From contig JAUZTB010000057.1 of assembly GCA_034780895.1 (NCBI GenBank), positions 19,458,506 to 19,522,505 of the forward strand: a DNA stretch of 64,000 nucleotides, given 5' to 3'. The translations under genes and the position numbers were made by a program. The notes under the pieces were generated by a model. It had not been told where the DNA came from and searched no databases. It worked only from the letters and a program-made list of their open reading frames with translations. The DNA comes from Rhynchobatus australiae. Taxonomy: Eukaryota. Of the stretch, positions 40,996 to 52,930 are shown piece by piece. Position 1 is the first letter of the stretch. Every line of letters begins with the position of its first letter.

Positions 40996-43900
40996 ACTGT
41001 TCAGTGACTCTGTTATGACCTCACACAGAAGTAAGGTAGAAGATTTATTAGCAATAAAATGAAAGAACCGCTGCTCTGGTGTGTCCCTTGTAGAAATCCC
41101 AGCAGGGTAACTGGGACCTGCAAAAATGATCTCTCGAGGGTTACCAAGGAAGATGAAAGCAGACAAGTGCAACAATCTCCTCTCCCTTCCTGAACTTGTC
41201 TGCACAAAGTCAGTGAGGAGGAAGTAACAGTCCTGATTAAAGGACAAACCACAGGAGAAAGAGAAGAGTGTCTGCTGGATGGCCCTTGTTTGCCTGGAAT
41301 CAGTATATTGTAGCTGCACTTCTGTGGTTCTCATTGGTATCTGATGTAAGTTTACCTGCAATTTGGAACCAATGTTCAGTGGTTCTGTGTTCCACAAGCA
41401 TAGCATATTCTTAGGCTTAAATAAATAATCTTCTTCTGTTTGTTTCTGTACTCTGTCATCATCTGTAATTTGAAACTCAGTCTAATTCAAATTTACTCAA
41501 TTGGACACTGTGCAATTGTGAGCTCCACAACAGAACTCTTACTCCAGATTTTTTGCCTGTGGGTGTTAGAGTGGGAGGGACATTAACATAAAATGCTTTC
41601 ACAAAAAGGATAATCTATTTGCCATTATAGCTAAATGTATTTTTTAAAATTCCAAACAGCAACAAAGATCAGAAAAGAAGTATTCTGTTCAACTGCTATT
41701 AGCTTGTAGCTTGCTACTTCAAGTATTAAGGGGAGTTTTGGACAGCAAGATTAGCAATTCCGAGACTGGCCATTTCTTTAAGATCCCTGTCTGAGGAATG
41801 GGCATCATTTTATTGTATTACAGGGTGGCAGTGAACTGAGGAGTTTGCAACCTTCTTAGCAATTTTAGATATCAAAATTTAGATATTTTCTCACTGGAAA
41901 TGACCCATCAGCCCATGTGAATGCCCTCAGCCTGATACTGCTCAAATTCATGGGTAAAAGGGACAGATTTGGCACCACCAGGTTCCCTATCCTGCAGCAA
42001 ACACGTTCAGGATTACAGAGAAATTCCTTTAGCATTAAAAGGTCGTATTTTGACTGTTAATTATTCTTTATTGCTACATTGGATTAAAAAATAAATTTAG
42101 ACAGCATGGCAAATGGATTATTTCTTGCACGAAAAGGTTTTTTTTAAAATTTCCTTCCTGCTCATACGCACACAGTCAAACCTGAAGTGAGAGTTATGTT
42201 GCTGCTGATAGGCATTTGGAGAAGACAGCATGAAGCCCTCATAAAACAGGTCAAGTGACTGCAGCTCCCTGTCACATTTACCTCTGGCAGCAAGCCGGGC
42301 AGGACCGGTAGGAGTTCAAGGGGAGGCTGGCATTTTGCCAGTGCTGCCACCAAATTGGTTGACAGAGAGAAGGGAGGACATGGGAGGGGCTGTAGCCCCA
42401 TGTCAGAATTGTTCAGTGAAACCAGGGGGATGCAGGAACAGCTGAACCCTAGATCACAATACGAAAAGAAGCCCGGATTTCCAGGACCCAATCTCCAAAC
42501 TTTAGGCTATGCTGGTTTTTAATTCAGGTTTGTAAATTTAGCTTAACCAGCTACTTAACTTCTGAAAAGCAGATTGGATTCTACCACTGATAATTAGGAT
42601 CCTGACGTTTCCATCTGTCCTACCACTGCTGCTTAGTGTTCTGCTTCTGTGATAAGACTTCTGTGTTAATTATTAATTTAAAAAATTGTGCTGAATATTC
42701 TCAGTCCTATTAGCTGCAAAGTGTAGACTTGAACAAGCCTGTTCACGTCTTGCTCATCGGGGGAGTCAGTCTTTTGAATTTCAGGTCTACTCACGGTGTT
42801 TCCAGACAGCATTATCAATTAGCACATAATCAACAAGAGTCGCCACAGGTTAAGGGAGAAAGTTAGAATATAAAGAGCAGCATGCTTCTGAAAAATCAAA
42901 CAATTAAAGCAACTATGATTAATTTTTTGTGTTCATTTTCCATCTTTCTTTTGATTTCTAATTCTTTTTTATTGGACCTTGTTTTTCTGTGCCCATTTAT
43001 CCAAATCTTGATGGAAGGTCCCTCCTCTCTCACTGTGAAGTGTCCCTGCTCATCTCTGCTCCAACATTTAGCTATGGATACCAAGGTACAATGTTTTAAA
43101 CAGGTCTGTGATAGGAGCGGGTCCGCTGGGTTGGAATTTAGAGTAGTCCCACTTCTACCTGGATTCCATCTCAATTATGTCAAACAAGAGGCCAGTGGTG
43201 GGAAGCGGAGCATTGCAGGTCTTGCCCTCTCTGTCAGACACACACCCGGTGACATCACCATCGCCATTTCTGCTCTTACTTAAATTGAAACTTTGGTACG
43301 ACCTATGACCACCATTGAACAATCACAGTACAACGTGTTACTTTAGTGCTTCTCTGTTTATTTAAAGGGGGCAGGGCGCTGAAATGAGAAGACCTGTCTG
43401 AGCAGCTTCCCAAAATGATAGCAGGTTGGTTCGGACATCTGACAAGAGTGCACATGGACTAACAGCGAGTGCTTTCGCCAGCATTTAGCTGCTGAGATAC
43501 TCATGGGATAGGTGCCTTAGTGTGACACCACTGCTAGCTTTTGTGTTATTCAGTTTCTCTCGGTCTCCAACTTATTCCAGACGTTTCCTTGGTTCCCTCT
43601 CCCCAATCTAAAATACGTTCAGTTTCTAACTTTGCCCAGTTCTGATGAAAGGTCATCCACCTGAAGTGTGCATTCTCTTTTTCCCTCTCCACAGATGCTG
43701 CCTGACCTGCTGTGTGTTTCCAGAATTGTTTTGTTTTAATTTCCGATTTTCAGCAGCTGCAGGATTTGCTTGTCAGCCACTACGGCAATGCCTGGCGTGG
43801 GCGAGTTGGGGACCTTGTGGCAGGAGCCAAAGTTATGCCCACAGACACCACCCGCGGGGAGTTTTTGGTATCCAAATCCTGGATCTCTCTGGTGAACAGT

Positions 43901-44859
43901 NNNNNNNNNNNNNNNNNNNNNNNNNNNNNNNNNNNNNNNNNNNNNNNNNNNNNNNNNNNNNNNNNNNNNNNNNNNNNNNNNNNNNNNNNNNNNNNNNNNN
44001 NNNNNNNNNNNNNNNNNNNNNNNNNNNNNNNNNNNNNNNNNNNNNNNNNNNNNNNNNNNNNNNNNNNCACCGCCACATCGCACAATCTGCGGCTCAGCAC
44101 TAGCGTGGCAACCCAGACATTGAGTTAACAAAGCAGACACACGAAAGTGCAGATGCTGGAATGTGGAGCGACCATCAGTCTGCTGGAGAAACTCAGCGCT
44201 CGAGTGGCATCTGTGGGAAGAAAGGAATTGTCAAGTTTTGGGGTCGAAATCGGGACATTATTGATTTAACAAAGACTTGCTGAATATTTCCAGCATTTTC
44301 TGTTTTTATTTTATTTTAAAATGATGGTTTGCATTCCCAACAGGACTTTCATTGCCAACTCTGAGCCATCGACACAGAACAGAAAAACGGTAACGGTCTT
44401 AACACCAATCCCTCGGGATGGCTGCTGTTCACCATCCTCCAGTCTAAATCAGCTGGTCACAGACCCCCCGTTGCCCGCTCCTCAGCAACTTCACAGCCCC
44501 GCTATCAGTGTCCCATTAATGCCACGTACTTCAACCACGCCGATAAACCTGCTCAGTGGGACCTTTTGAAAAGCCCAAGTTCACCACATCGATCACCTTT
44601 CACTCTTCCAAACTCCACCGAGTGCAGACCTTCCCTCGCAGGATGAAGCCTCCACACTGGGACTGCCCCCAGTGAACTGTCTCTGAGCTACATCTCTCCT
44701 CGGCTAAAGGGACTGACAGTGGAATAAAACAAGTCACTGCCAGGAAACGACTGCGACTTCCAACACAATACACATTGCAAAGTGAACACAAAGTGTTTGG
44801 CTGTAAAACGGCATTACGTGTGGGCATTAAAAACCAGGCAACATTAAAGGAAAGGCCCG

Positions 44860-45034
44860 ACCGGTGCCCGGAACAGTGGGGGGTGGGGGGGTGTCGACCG
44901 CGGGGACCTCGGGCACCTCCCGCTGGTTGAAAGCGGCCGGGCAGTTCCCGCAGCGCTGACGTCACCCATTGGATCACGTGACGTCGTTTACCCTTCCGAC
45001 GTGGTGACGTGACGGTGCTTGGAACGTTGATACA
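44860..45034 (+). promoter_or_regulatory. DIABLO CpG-island promoter with CRE, CCAAT, E-box and E2F-like sites
   Basis: TTCCCGC 44945-44951; TGACGTCA 44957-44964; ATTGG 44968-44972; TCACGTGAC 44974-44982; further TGACGT near 45005. Confidence 0.75.
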
Positions 45035-45084
45035 ATGGCTGCGCTGTTCTATAGGTGGATGCGTCCGTGTAGCCGTTTGACGAG
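45035..45084 (+). CDS. DIABLO: DIABLO coding exon 1
   Basis: ACAATGG; [16 protein letters not shown](R)|gtaacg; 50 nt. Confidence 0.88.
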
Positions 45085-48000
45085 GTAACGTCCCCATTTC
45101 CAACGTGTGAGCGGCGGGGCTGCCGGGGTCTCCCCCAACCCCGGGGCTCTTCCTCCACCGCCCCTGGGGCTCTTCCTCCACCGCCCCCGGGCAGTCACGG
45201 TCCCACTGCTGCCGACTCTCACCCACGTCTATTTTGTCTTTTTGAAGGTCCTTCTCCTTGGTGTTGTCCCAGCGCAGGGTCCCCGCTGGAAGGTGGCAGA
45301 AGGTGGCACTGGGGCTGGGAGCGACGCTGGCCGCTGTTCCTATTTCACAGGTACACCACAGCCTTTCCGAAGTTGTTACGTCGTGTTAAATGTCCTTGCT
45401 CCTACAGGTAGTTCGGACCGTGAGTATTAGCTAATGTCGAAGAAGTAAAACCAGTATGTGCAGCCTGAGAGCAACAATTAATGTTCTTGTATAATATTGA
45501 CACTTAAAATCGAACGTTTCAAATGCTTTCGGCCTATTCTGCGAGGTGCCATTGGATAATTTGGATCAATCCTGTTGGTAGGATGTTGCGACATGATCCA
45601 TTTTAGGAAGTCTGGCCAAGGAAGCAATATGCAAAGACGTGAAAAGCAGAACTCCCGAAAGGAATGGGAACAGAAGTAGGCTGCAACACCCCGAGAGCCT
45701 GTTGTAACACTCAGTAGCGTATGTTGTATCTTTAGTGATAAAACTTTCCGTGCAGTTGTGTCTGAGATGACTTCCTCCTTCCAGAACCATGGTTTCCCCT
45801 CTACCATTGACAGAGCCCTTGGCTACACCTCATTTATTTCGCACACCTCGGCCTTTGCCTATCTTGAACAGAGCAAGGACAGAGTTCCCCCTGTCCCCCG
45901 TACTACCAGACCATCCTTTACATTCAATAGGTCGTCCTTTGCAGGTTCTCCCACTGTCAACAAGATTCCATCATTAGACACCTCTTCCCCTCCCTTCTCC
46001 TTTCAGCATTCCAGAGGGACCATTCCCTTTGCATCTGGTCTGTTCCTCAATCTGCACCGAACACTCCCTTTCTTCAGGTACTTTCCCATGCAACACCTGT
46101 CCATTTACCACTTCCCTCCCCATCATCCAGGGACCCAACACCTTCCAGGTAAAGCAGTGATACCCTTGCACTTCTCCCACCTAGTGTATTACATTCTGGG
46201 CCTTCAATGTAGTCTCCTCTACATTTGAGAAACTGACTGCAGATTGGGTGACCGTTTTGTGGAACATACATTCATTTTGCACAGTGACCCTGAACTTTCT
46301 GTTGGCTGCTACTTTACTTGTTCCACTCCCATTCTTGCCTTTTATAAAAAGGCCCAAAGTAAGCTTGAGGAACAGCACATCTGTACAGAATTTTACACTT
46401 TCAGTAACTTGTTTTCTCAGTATCAGNNNNNNNNNNNNNNNNNNNNNNNNNNNNNNNNNNNNNNNNNNNNNNNNNNNNNNNNNNNNNNNNNNTTCCATTC
46501 AGGCAGTCTGACCTTTCGTTCATTACCCATGGCTCTGCATTTTGCAGCTTTTACATTCTTTTGTGCTTTTTCTCTCTAACAGATCCCAATTCATAGTTTT
46601 TATATTCTTTTGTTCATGTTCTCTGTCTTTATTAGCCTATCAACTGTCCCTAACTGGCACAGAATAGGAGACAAGGCCTGGGGAAGATCAGGCATGGTTA
46701 TATTGAATGGTGGGCCATGCTTGAGGGGCCAACTGACCAATTTTTATATTATTTTGTACTCCTGTAACTGGGTGAATTCCTTAATAGCTTATCTCCATGG
46801 TAACTATGTCAAAATCCTCTTTTTTTTCTTCATTAGTTTGGTTGTATCAGATTTAGGATTTACACTGCCCTCCTTAAACAAGGTATTGATCCAGCAGGAA
46901 TTTATCATGTATGACCATTCTGCAAGGGTAAAAATCAGGACTTCACTAAAAGCACTTCATTTCACATTAACCAAACCTTTTAAAGTGCTTTTCCTAGTTT
47001 TTGGTCGAAGGAATCTTTGTACTTGACTAGTAAAGATACCAGTTGACTTATTTTTAAAAATATACCTATCTGTTTTCAGATGTTATCCAGAGTCACATTA
47101 CATGTAACTTATCCATTCTGGGCTTAGCAGATTTTGTCAGCAAGATGCATATAAGCATTAGAAGGCTAACGTTGCTTACAGGTGGTGAATATTTTTTTCC
47201 ACATGTATAAATATTCTTGCTGCATTGACATTTTTCTTTCCAAACAACAAAGTTATTTTAAAAAAAAAACCCTTCCAGATCTCTCCACATGTCTATTGAC
47301 ATATCTCACTGAGTTTTAAAATATTTTCCAGTAGCATGGTATTTAAATTCATTAATGTGTTTGTGATTGGTAAATCTGCTAAAACTCCTACTATCTTGTT
47401 AATAGATTAAATTTAAGTTTTCGGTCATATTTAAAAACAAGTGACTTGTTCAAATGATTTAATTAAATGAAACTGTTCAACTGAAATATGATTCGGTGCA
47501 CTTGCTTGGGTGTGCTAACTAACAAAATGCTGCTGCTGCTGCAGCTTCCAAATGGAAGGAGTCATATCTAAAAAAAAAATTGTGTATTTTCCTCCGTAGC
47601 ACCAACCTACATCTCTCAATCATGAAGATTTAATCAAACGTGCTATTTCATTGGTTACGGATGGTGCCAATACCTTTCTGTCACAAACTACTTTTGCACT
47701 AATTGATACTTTGACAGAATATACGAAGGTACGTGAAGCAGAATTGCTTTTTTTTTTGGCTAAATATTTGGTAAAAATTGTAAAGTTACAATGCATATAA
47801 CTTTCTCCTCCCTCAGCAGTTATCATCGCACTGCTTCCTTCACTTGCTCAGCCAGAGCAGTGGCACTTCATGGTACCTTAAANNNNNNNNNNNNNNNNNN
47901 NNNNNNNNNNNNNNNNNNNNNNNNNNNNNNNNNNNNNNNNNNNNNNNNNNNNNNNNNNNNNNNNNNNNNNNNNNNNNNNNNNNNNNNNNNNNNNNNNNNN

Positions 48001-50548
48001 NNNNNNNNNNNNNNNNNNNNNNNNNNNNNNNNNNNNNNNNNNNNNNNNNNNNNNNNNNNNNNNNNNNNNNNNNTGTATGTAACTCAAGAAAATATAATGA
48101 AAATTCCATTATTTCCATTAAGAGTAACATTATTCTTTAGAGAATTGTGATGATTAATTTAAGTGTTCAAAACATAACTAAATTGCTGTTAGATTAAGGT
48201 GCAGATTAAGGAAACATGCATTTAATGTCTGCTTTTTAAAGAAATAAGTTTTGTATGTTCTAGGCAGTCTACACCCTGATCTCCCTTCAACAGAGGTATA
48301 ATGGCTTAACTGGCCAGCTAAGTGAAAAGGAGGAAGATGCCATTTGGCAAGTCATCATTGAAGCTCGTGTAAAGGTATTTTTCAAAGCCTCCTCTCAGAT
48401 TTGTCTGTTTAGAAGTCACCGTGGGCAGAGAACGTTTCCCTGTTTCAGCTCTCCACCATCAGTAACCAAAGGCCTCCTTGTACAACAATCTACTCCAAGG
48501 CAAACCTTCTCTATTCTGCCACAATATGACCCTTTGGAGTTCTGTTCAAGGTTAGAAACATTACTTTACCAGTCATTCCATTACCCACAATAGCCAGAGG
48601 AAATATGCAATTAAGGCATTTTTGAGATTGGAGCAAAATTGGGTCAACTCACTGTTCTTTTGTGTAGGTCAGTGATGCCAGTGAAGTGAGGGCATTCTGC
48701 TCTCTTATAATGAAGCCCACCATGAGCTTGAAGAACTCCTCTTCCATCTGGGCACAGTGTAGCCTTCCAGGTGCTATGGAATTGTACAGCCTGGTTTCTT
48801 TGTCAGAATTGGCCACTTCTGTAGTAAGTTGTCCATCAGTGACATTAGCTGCGTTTCTCTCTTCATAAGCACAGCCTGGCGTGCTGAACATAATCAACAG
48901 CCCTGCGTTTTACTTAATATGGAGGCCATTCATTCTATTGAGTCCTTGCAGACTCCCAGCACAGCAATATTACCAGTCATTTCCCCCTGTTCTTGCTTCC
49001 CTGTAGGCCTGCAACTTGTCCCCATCAACTCTCCTTTGTTCTTTCGCCACTTACCTACACCAGGGGCGAGTTTACAGTAGCCTACCTAGCAGCACGTCGT
49101 TGGGCTGTGGAAGGAAATGAATGAACAAGGGTAAAATTACAACAGACTGCTGCCCTTTGCAAAACCACCTTATTAGTGTCAATGTATATACTTTGTATTA
49201 TTTTCAGATAAGTTGCTTGTGATGTGTAACAGTTGTCTTTTGTTGGGTAATTGCAGATGAAAGAGAAGCAGGAGAAATATCTCAGTTTTGAGACCAAGTG
49301 GATGACTGCAGTCCACCTGTGTGAAATGGCAGCAGAGGCTGCATATCAAACAGGTATGTGTGGGTTGGAGATGCAGTTACTTAGTTTAGATGTGTAATAT
49401 TTAGTGAGAATTCAAAGAATGTGTCATTTTACCATCTGATTACATGAAACAATAATTTTTAAATGTTACCTTCCAATTTGCCTTGCAGTGTAAATAGCTG
49501 GACTGTGTAAAATTAAATATAACATTGCTAAAGAATTTCCATATTTCTTTATGACATGGAATAAAGCCATTTCAGCTAATTAAGTCTACACAGAGTAATC
49601 CAATTCCACACTAAGTTTCCCAGTAAAGCAATGTTCGCCACATTCCCATCAACTCACTCCAGATTCTGGGAGCAAAACTGGGTCAACCCACCCTTATTTT
49701 GTGTAGGTCAGGTATGCCAGTGAAGAATGGGAAAGGGAGAGAAGTCATCTGACTAACTTGATGCCAATTTCTAATGTATCAGCTTGAAAATTCCAACACC
49801 AGAAGAGGCCTTACAGTTCCAGTGTGAGGTTTTGTATGGTTAAGAACAGGTATTCTGTTGATTGGTGAGGTTTAGTTATTTTGGGGTAAATTTGTGAACC
49901 TGTGCCATGTTGGAAGTGAGTTAAACATAAATCTGGATGATCTTGTTCTGTGGACCCCTGTCAGTTAGACGCAGGGTTGTATATCCAGCCTTGTTTCTCT
50001 CTGGGACCCTTGCAATAGTTTAAAAAGATTTGTTGGGGTTAAAAAAGCCCATATGCTGCCACCTTCACAGATAATTTTGTTCCTGCCACTTCCAGACCTG
50101 TTCCCATAACAGTAAATTTAATCAGTGTTTTCAATTCAGTCTGAACTCGGCTAATCTCTATTCCATTCACCAACATCATCTCTGTAGCCTTTGATATCCT
50201 TGCCCATTACTGGAACTTGGTCCTAAATTATAATCGACCCACAGCCTTTTGAGTGAGAGTTTCCATGAATCTTTGGGCCAAGTGCGTTCTAAATAACCTA
50301 CCTGTAATATTCTTTCCCCAGGTGCTGACCCGACCTCTGTGTCTGTGCACACACATGTGCAGGTGGCACAAAGTCAGGTGGATGAAGTAAAACAACTGGC
50401 CCTGAAAGCTGAGGCTAAGTTGGCTGAAGTTCAGGTGGAAGAAATTCGTCTCAAGGGGAAAGAGGCTTCAGTTAAAGGCACGCAGCAGACTGCTCTACAG
50501 CCAACGCACGAAGAGGAAATACCTGAACAGTATCTGCGGGAAGACTAG
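45035..50548 (+). CDS. DIABLO: Diablo/Smac, mitochondrial IAP-binding protein; 6 coding exons, 238 aa precursor
   Basis: Exons 45035-45084, 45248-45350, 47600-47728, 48264-48374, 49257-49353, 50322-50548 total 717 nt in one frame, all GT-AG; Arg-rich presequence, AVPI motif, C-terminal YLRED. Confidence 0.95.
45248..45350 (+). CDS. DIABLO: DIABLO exon 2 containing the IAP-binding motif
   Basis: tttgaag|[34 protein letters not shown]|gtacac; 103 nt. Confidence 0.92.
45740..46426 (+). mobile_element. Penelope-like element remnant (GIY-YIG endonuclease region) in DIABLO intron 2
   Basis: [21 protein letters not shown]; [28 protein letters not shown]; KLEEQH. Confidence 0.75.
47600..47728 (+). 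CDS. DIABLO: DIABLO exon 3
   Basis: ccgtag|[43 protein letters not shown]|gtacgt; 129 nt. Confidence 0.95.
48264..48374 (+). CDS. DIABLO: DIABLO exon 4
   Basis: ttctag|[37 protein letters not shown]|gtattt; 111 nt. Confidence 0.95.
49257..49353 (+). CDS. DIABLO: DIABLO exon 5
   Basis: ttgcag|[32 protein letters not shown](G)|gtatgt; 97 nt. Confidence 0.95.
50322..50548 (+). CDS. DIABLO: DIABLO last coding exon
   Basis: ccccag|..[40 protein letters not shown]...EQYLRED*. Confidence 0.95.
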
Positions 50549-50914
50549 TCTACATAAATAATTAATTCACAACCCTATAGCGTCGAGTGGACTGTGGATG
50601 TATAGGCTTAACTGGACTGCAGACATTTGTAAATTATATCAATAATTTTGTAATTGGTAATTTTTGTAGAAACTTTAAGAATTACTCTAAGTCCTCTCAA
50701 ACTACTCACAAATAGAGTTTCTTATAGTAATGATTCTTGCTCTTTCTTTCAAAAAATGCTGTTTGAAGGAGTGAAGGTGCTTCACTCATCGCAGTGGCCC
50801 CCAGATAACATTGAAACAGTTTATTCTGTTCAACAAAATGTTGGGCAAGATAGAAAGACCAGTCCCATCCTTGAATCTGTTTTCTGACTTTATTTCAATT
50901 GTCCTTTTGGTAAA

Positions 50915-51240
50915 TTGGTTTATTATTGTCACTTGTACTGAGGTACAGTGGAAAAACTTGTCTTGCATACTGTTCATACAGATGAATTCATTACANNNNN
51001 NNNNNNNNNNNNNNNNNNNNNNNNNNNNNNNNNNNNNNNNNNNNNNNNNNNNNNNNNNNNNNNNNNNNNNNNNNNNNNNNNNNNNNNNNNNNNNNGGAAA
51101 AACTTGTCTTGCATACTGTTCATACAGATGAATTCATTACACAGTGCATTGAGATGGGACAAGGGAAAACAGTAACAGAATGCAGAATAAACTGTTACAA
51201 TTACAGAGAAGTGCAATGCAGGTAGACAATAGGGTAATAG
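50915..51240 (-). mobile_element. Rex-like LINE 3' tail
   Basis: Reverse complement of the tail at 62727-62975. Confidence 0.75.
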
Positions 51241-51299
51241 TGAGTAGATTGAGAAGTCAAGAGACCCTGTGTGTTCTGGAGGGGTATTTAAAGAGGAAA

Positions 51300-52930
51300 T
51301 AAGTACATTTTTGAAAGATTGAAGAAGTGAGGGCTTTGGGGAACTGGCAGAGCAGAGGAGATGAAGTCTGGGACAGATCAGCAATGATTGTATTGAGAGG
51401 AAATTCATCCTTGTCTCTGTTTAAAGTGGTGACTCCTTTTTCTGAAACTTCACCACCTCGTTCCAGATCCCTCACAGAAGGAAACATTCTCCCTGCATCT
51501 GCCCTGACAAATTGTGTTAGAATCCTGTGCTTCAATGTGATGCTTTTTGTTTTTCAATGAGAGATCATTGATCTTCCCTTATAACCCAGGAATCAACCTC
51601 ATGAACAAGAACATAAATGTGAGAAATTTTGTGTTTGTTCCATCATTTGTTCTGGTCACGGCTGGTATTTTAGTATAGTGCCACTTTCCCGAATGCTTTA
51701 ATTCTCTTTAATATCCAAAAATCTTTCATTCTCTGTCTTGAATATACTCAGTGACTGAGGTTCTCCTACTGTCTTGCATAAAGAGTTCCAAAGATTCATT
51801 CCCCACTGGGTGAAGAAATTTCTTTTTGTCTCTGCCCGAAAGGACCTATTAGTTATTTTGTGACTGTGATCCCTGGTGTTAGATGCAGCCAAGGGAAGCA
51901 TGATCCTTGTATCTACCTTTTCAAGTCCCATTAGAATTTTGAATGTTTTAATGAGATTACTTCATTCTTTTAAACTAAAAACTTTGTTTAACCTCTCTGG
52001 CACCACATCCCTGAAGTCAATGTGGTGGACCTTGATTGCACAACATTTATTGCAAATATATCCTTCCTTGGATGGAGGACTAGACCCTCACATAATGTTC
52101 CAGATCCACTCTCACCAGGGCCTTGTATAATTTCTGGATAGAGCTCTTTACTCTTTTACTCATCCTCTTGCAGTAAGAGCTATCAAATTGTTTGCCTTCC
52201 TGTTTGCTGTTTGTACTTGGATGTTAACTTTGTGAACAAAGACACCTTTCAGTGATTTTTTAAAAAGTTCTGCTCTTTTGTTTGTCCCTATAAAAGTGTG
52301 GGATCTTTCATATTTCCATGTTCTATTCCATCTGTCCTGTCCTCACCCATTCACTCAACCTGCTTAAATCCCACTGAAGCCTCTGTGCATCCTTTACATG
52401 ACCCATACTGGAACTTGACTTCATCCGTTTGAATCTTCTCTGAGCTGCCTCTAACGGATGCATCATTGTTTACAATAGGTGGCCAAAGCTATCTGTAGTA
52501 CGCTAAGTCTAAGTACACAGATAGCAAAGCTTCCCTACTCTTATACTCCTTTAAGGCCAACATTGTTTTGGTCTTCCTAATTGCTGCATGCAAGCTTGTT
52601 TCAGGGGGTGGGGGTGGTATTAGAGCCCCTCGCCTCCCCACATACAGCAGCATCCTATAGTATCTCCATTTAAATATTTGTCTTTTCTACCACCTAAGAT
52701 GGACAACCTCTTATTTTGCACTTATTTTCCATCTGCTGAATTTTTGCCTGTTCAGTTAACCTATCAATGACCCTTTACTCCATCTGCTAGCCTACATATT
52801 TTGTAAGTTCTTCAGAGTCATCCACCTTACCTTTGGACCCTGCATCTGAGTTATAAGTTGTGAAGAACTTGTATCTGCATATAAGTTGTGAAGAACTGAG
52901 GCCCCAGTACTGATCCATGTGGCACCCCTT
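51300..52930 (-). mobile_element. Cluster of decayed CR1 fragments
   Basis: GLEKVDTRIMLPL...RNFFTQWGMNLWNSL and further CR1 RT remnants. Confidence 0.7.

Noticed and set aside
44600-45430. 208-aa minus ORF and 107-aa plus ORF over the DIABLO promoter
   Set aside because: Non-ATG starts, GC-rich CpG island with few stops, no recognisable domain
47080-47185. Exon-like segment in DIABLO intron 2 (ttttcag acceptor)
   Set aside because: The phase needed after exon 2 hits a stop, there is no DIABLO similarity, and the gene is complete without it
50950-51141. Identical ~46-bp sequence on both sides of a gap
   Set aside because: Most likely unmerged overlapping contig ends within a LINE tail
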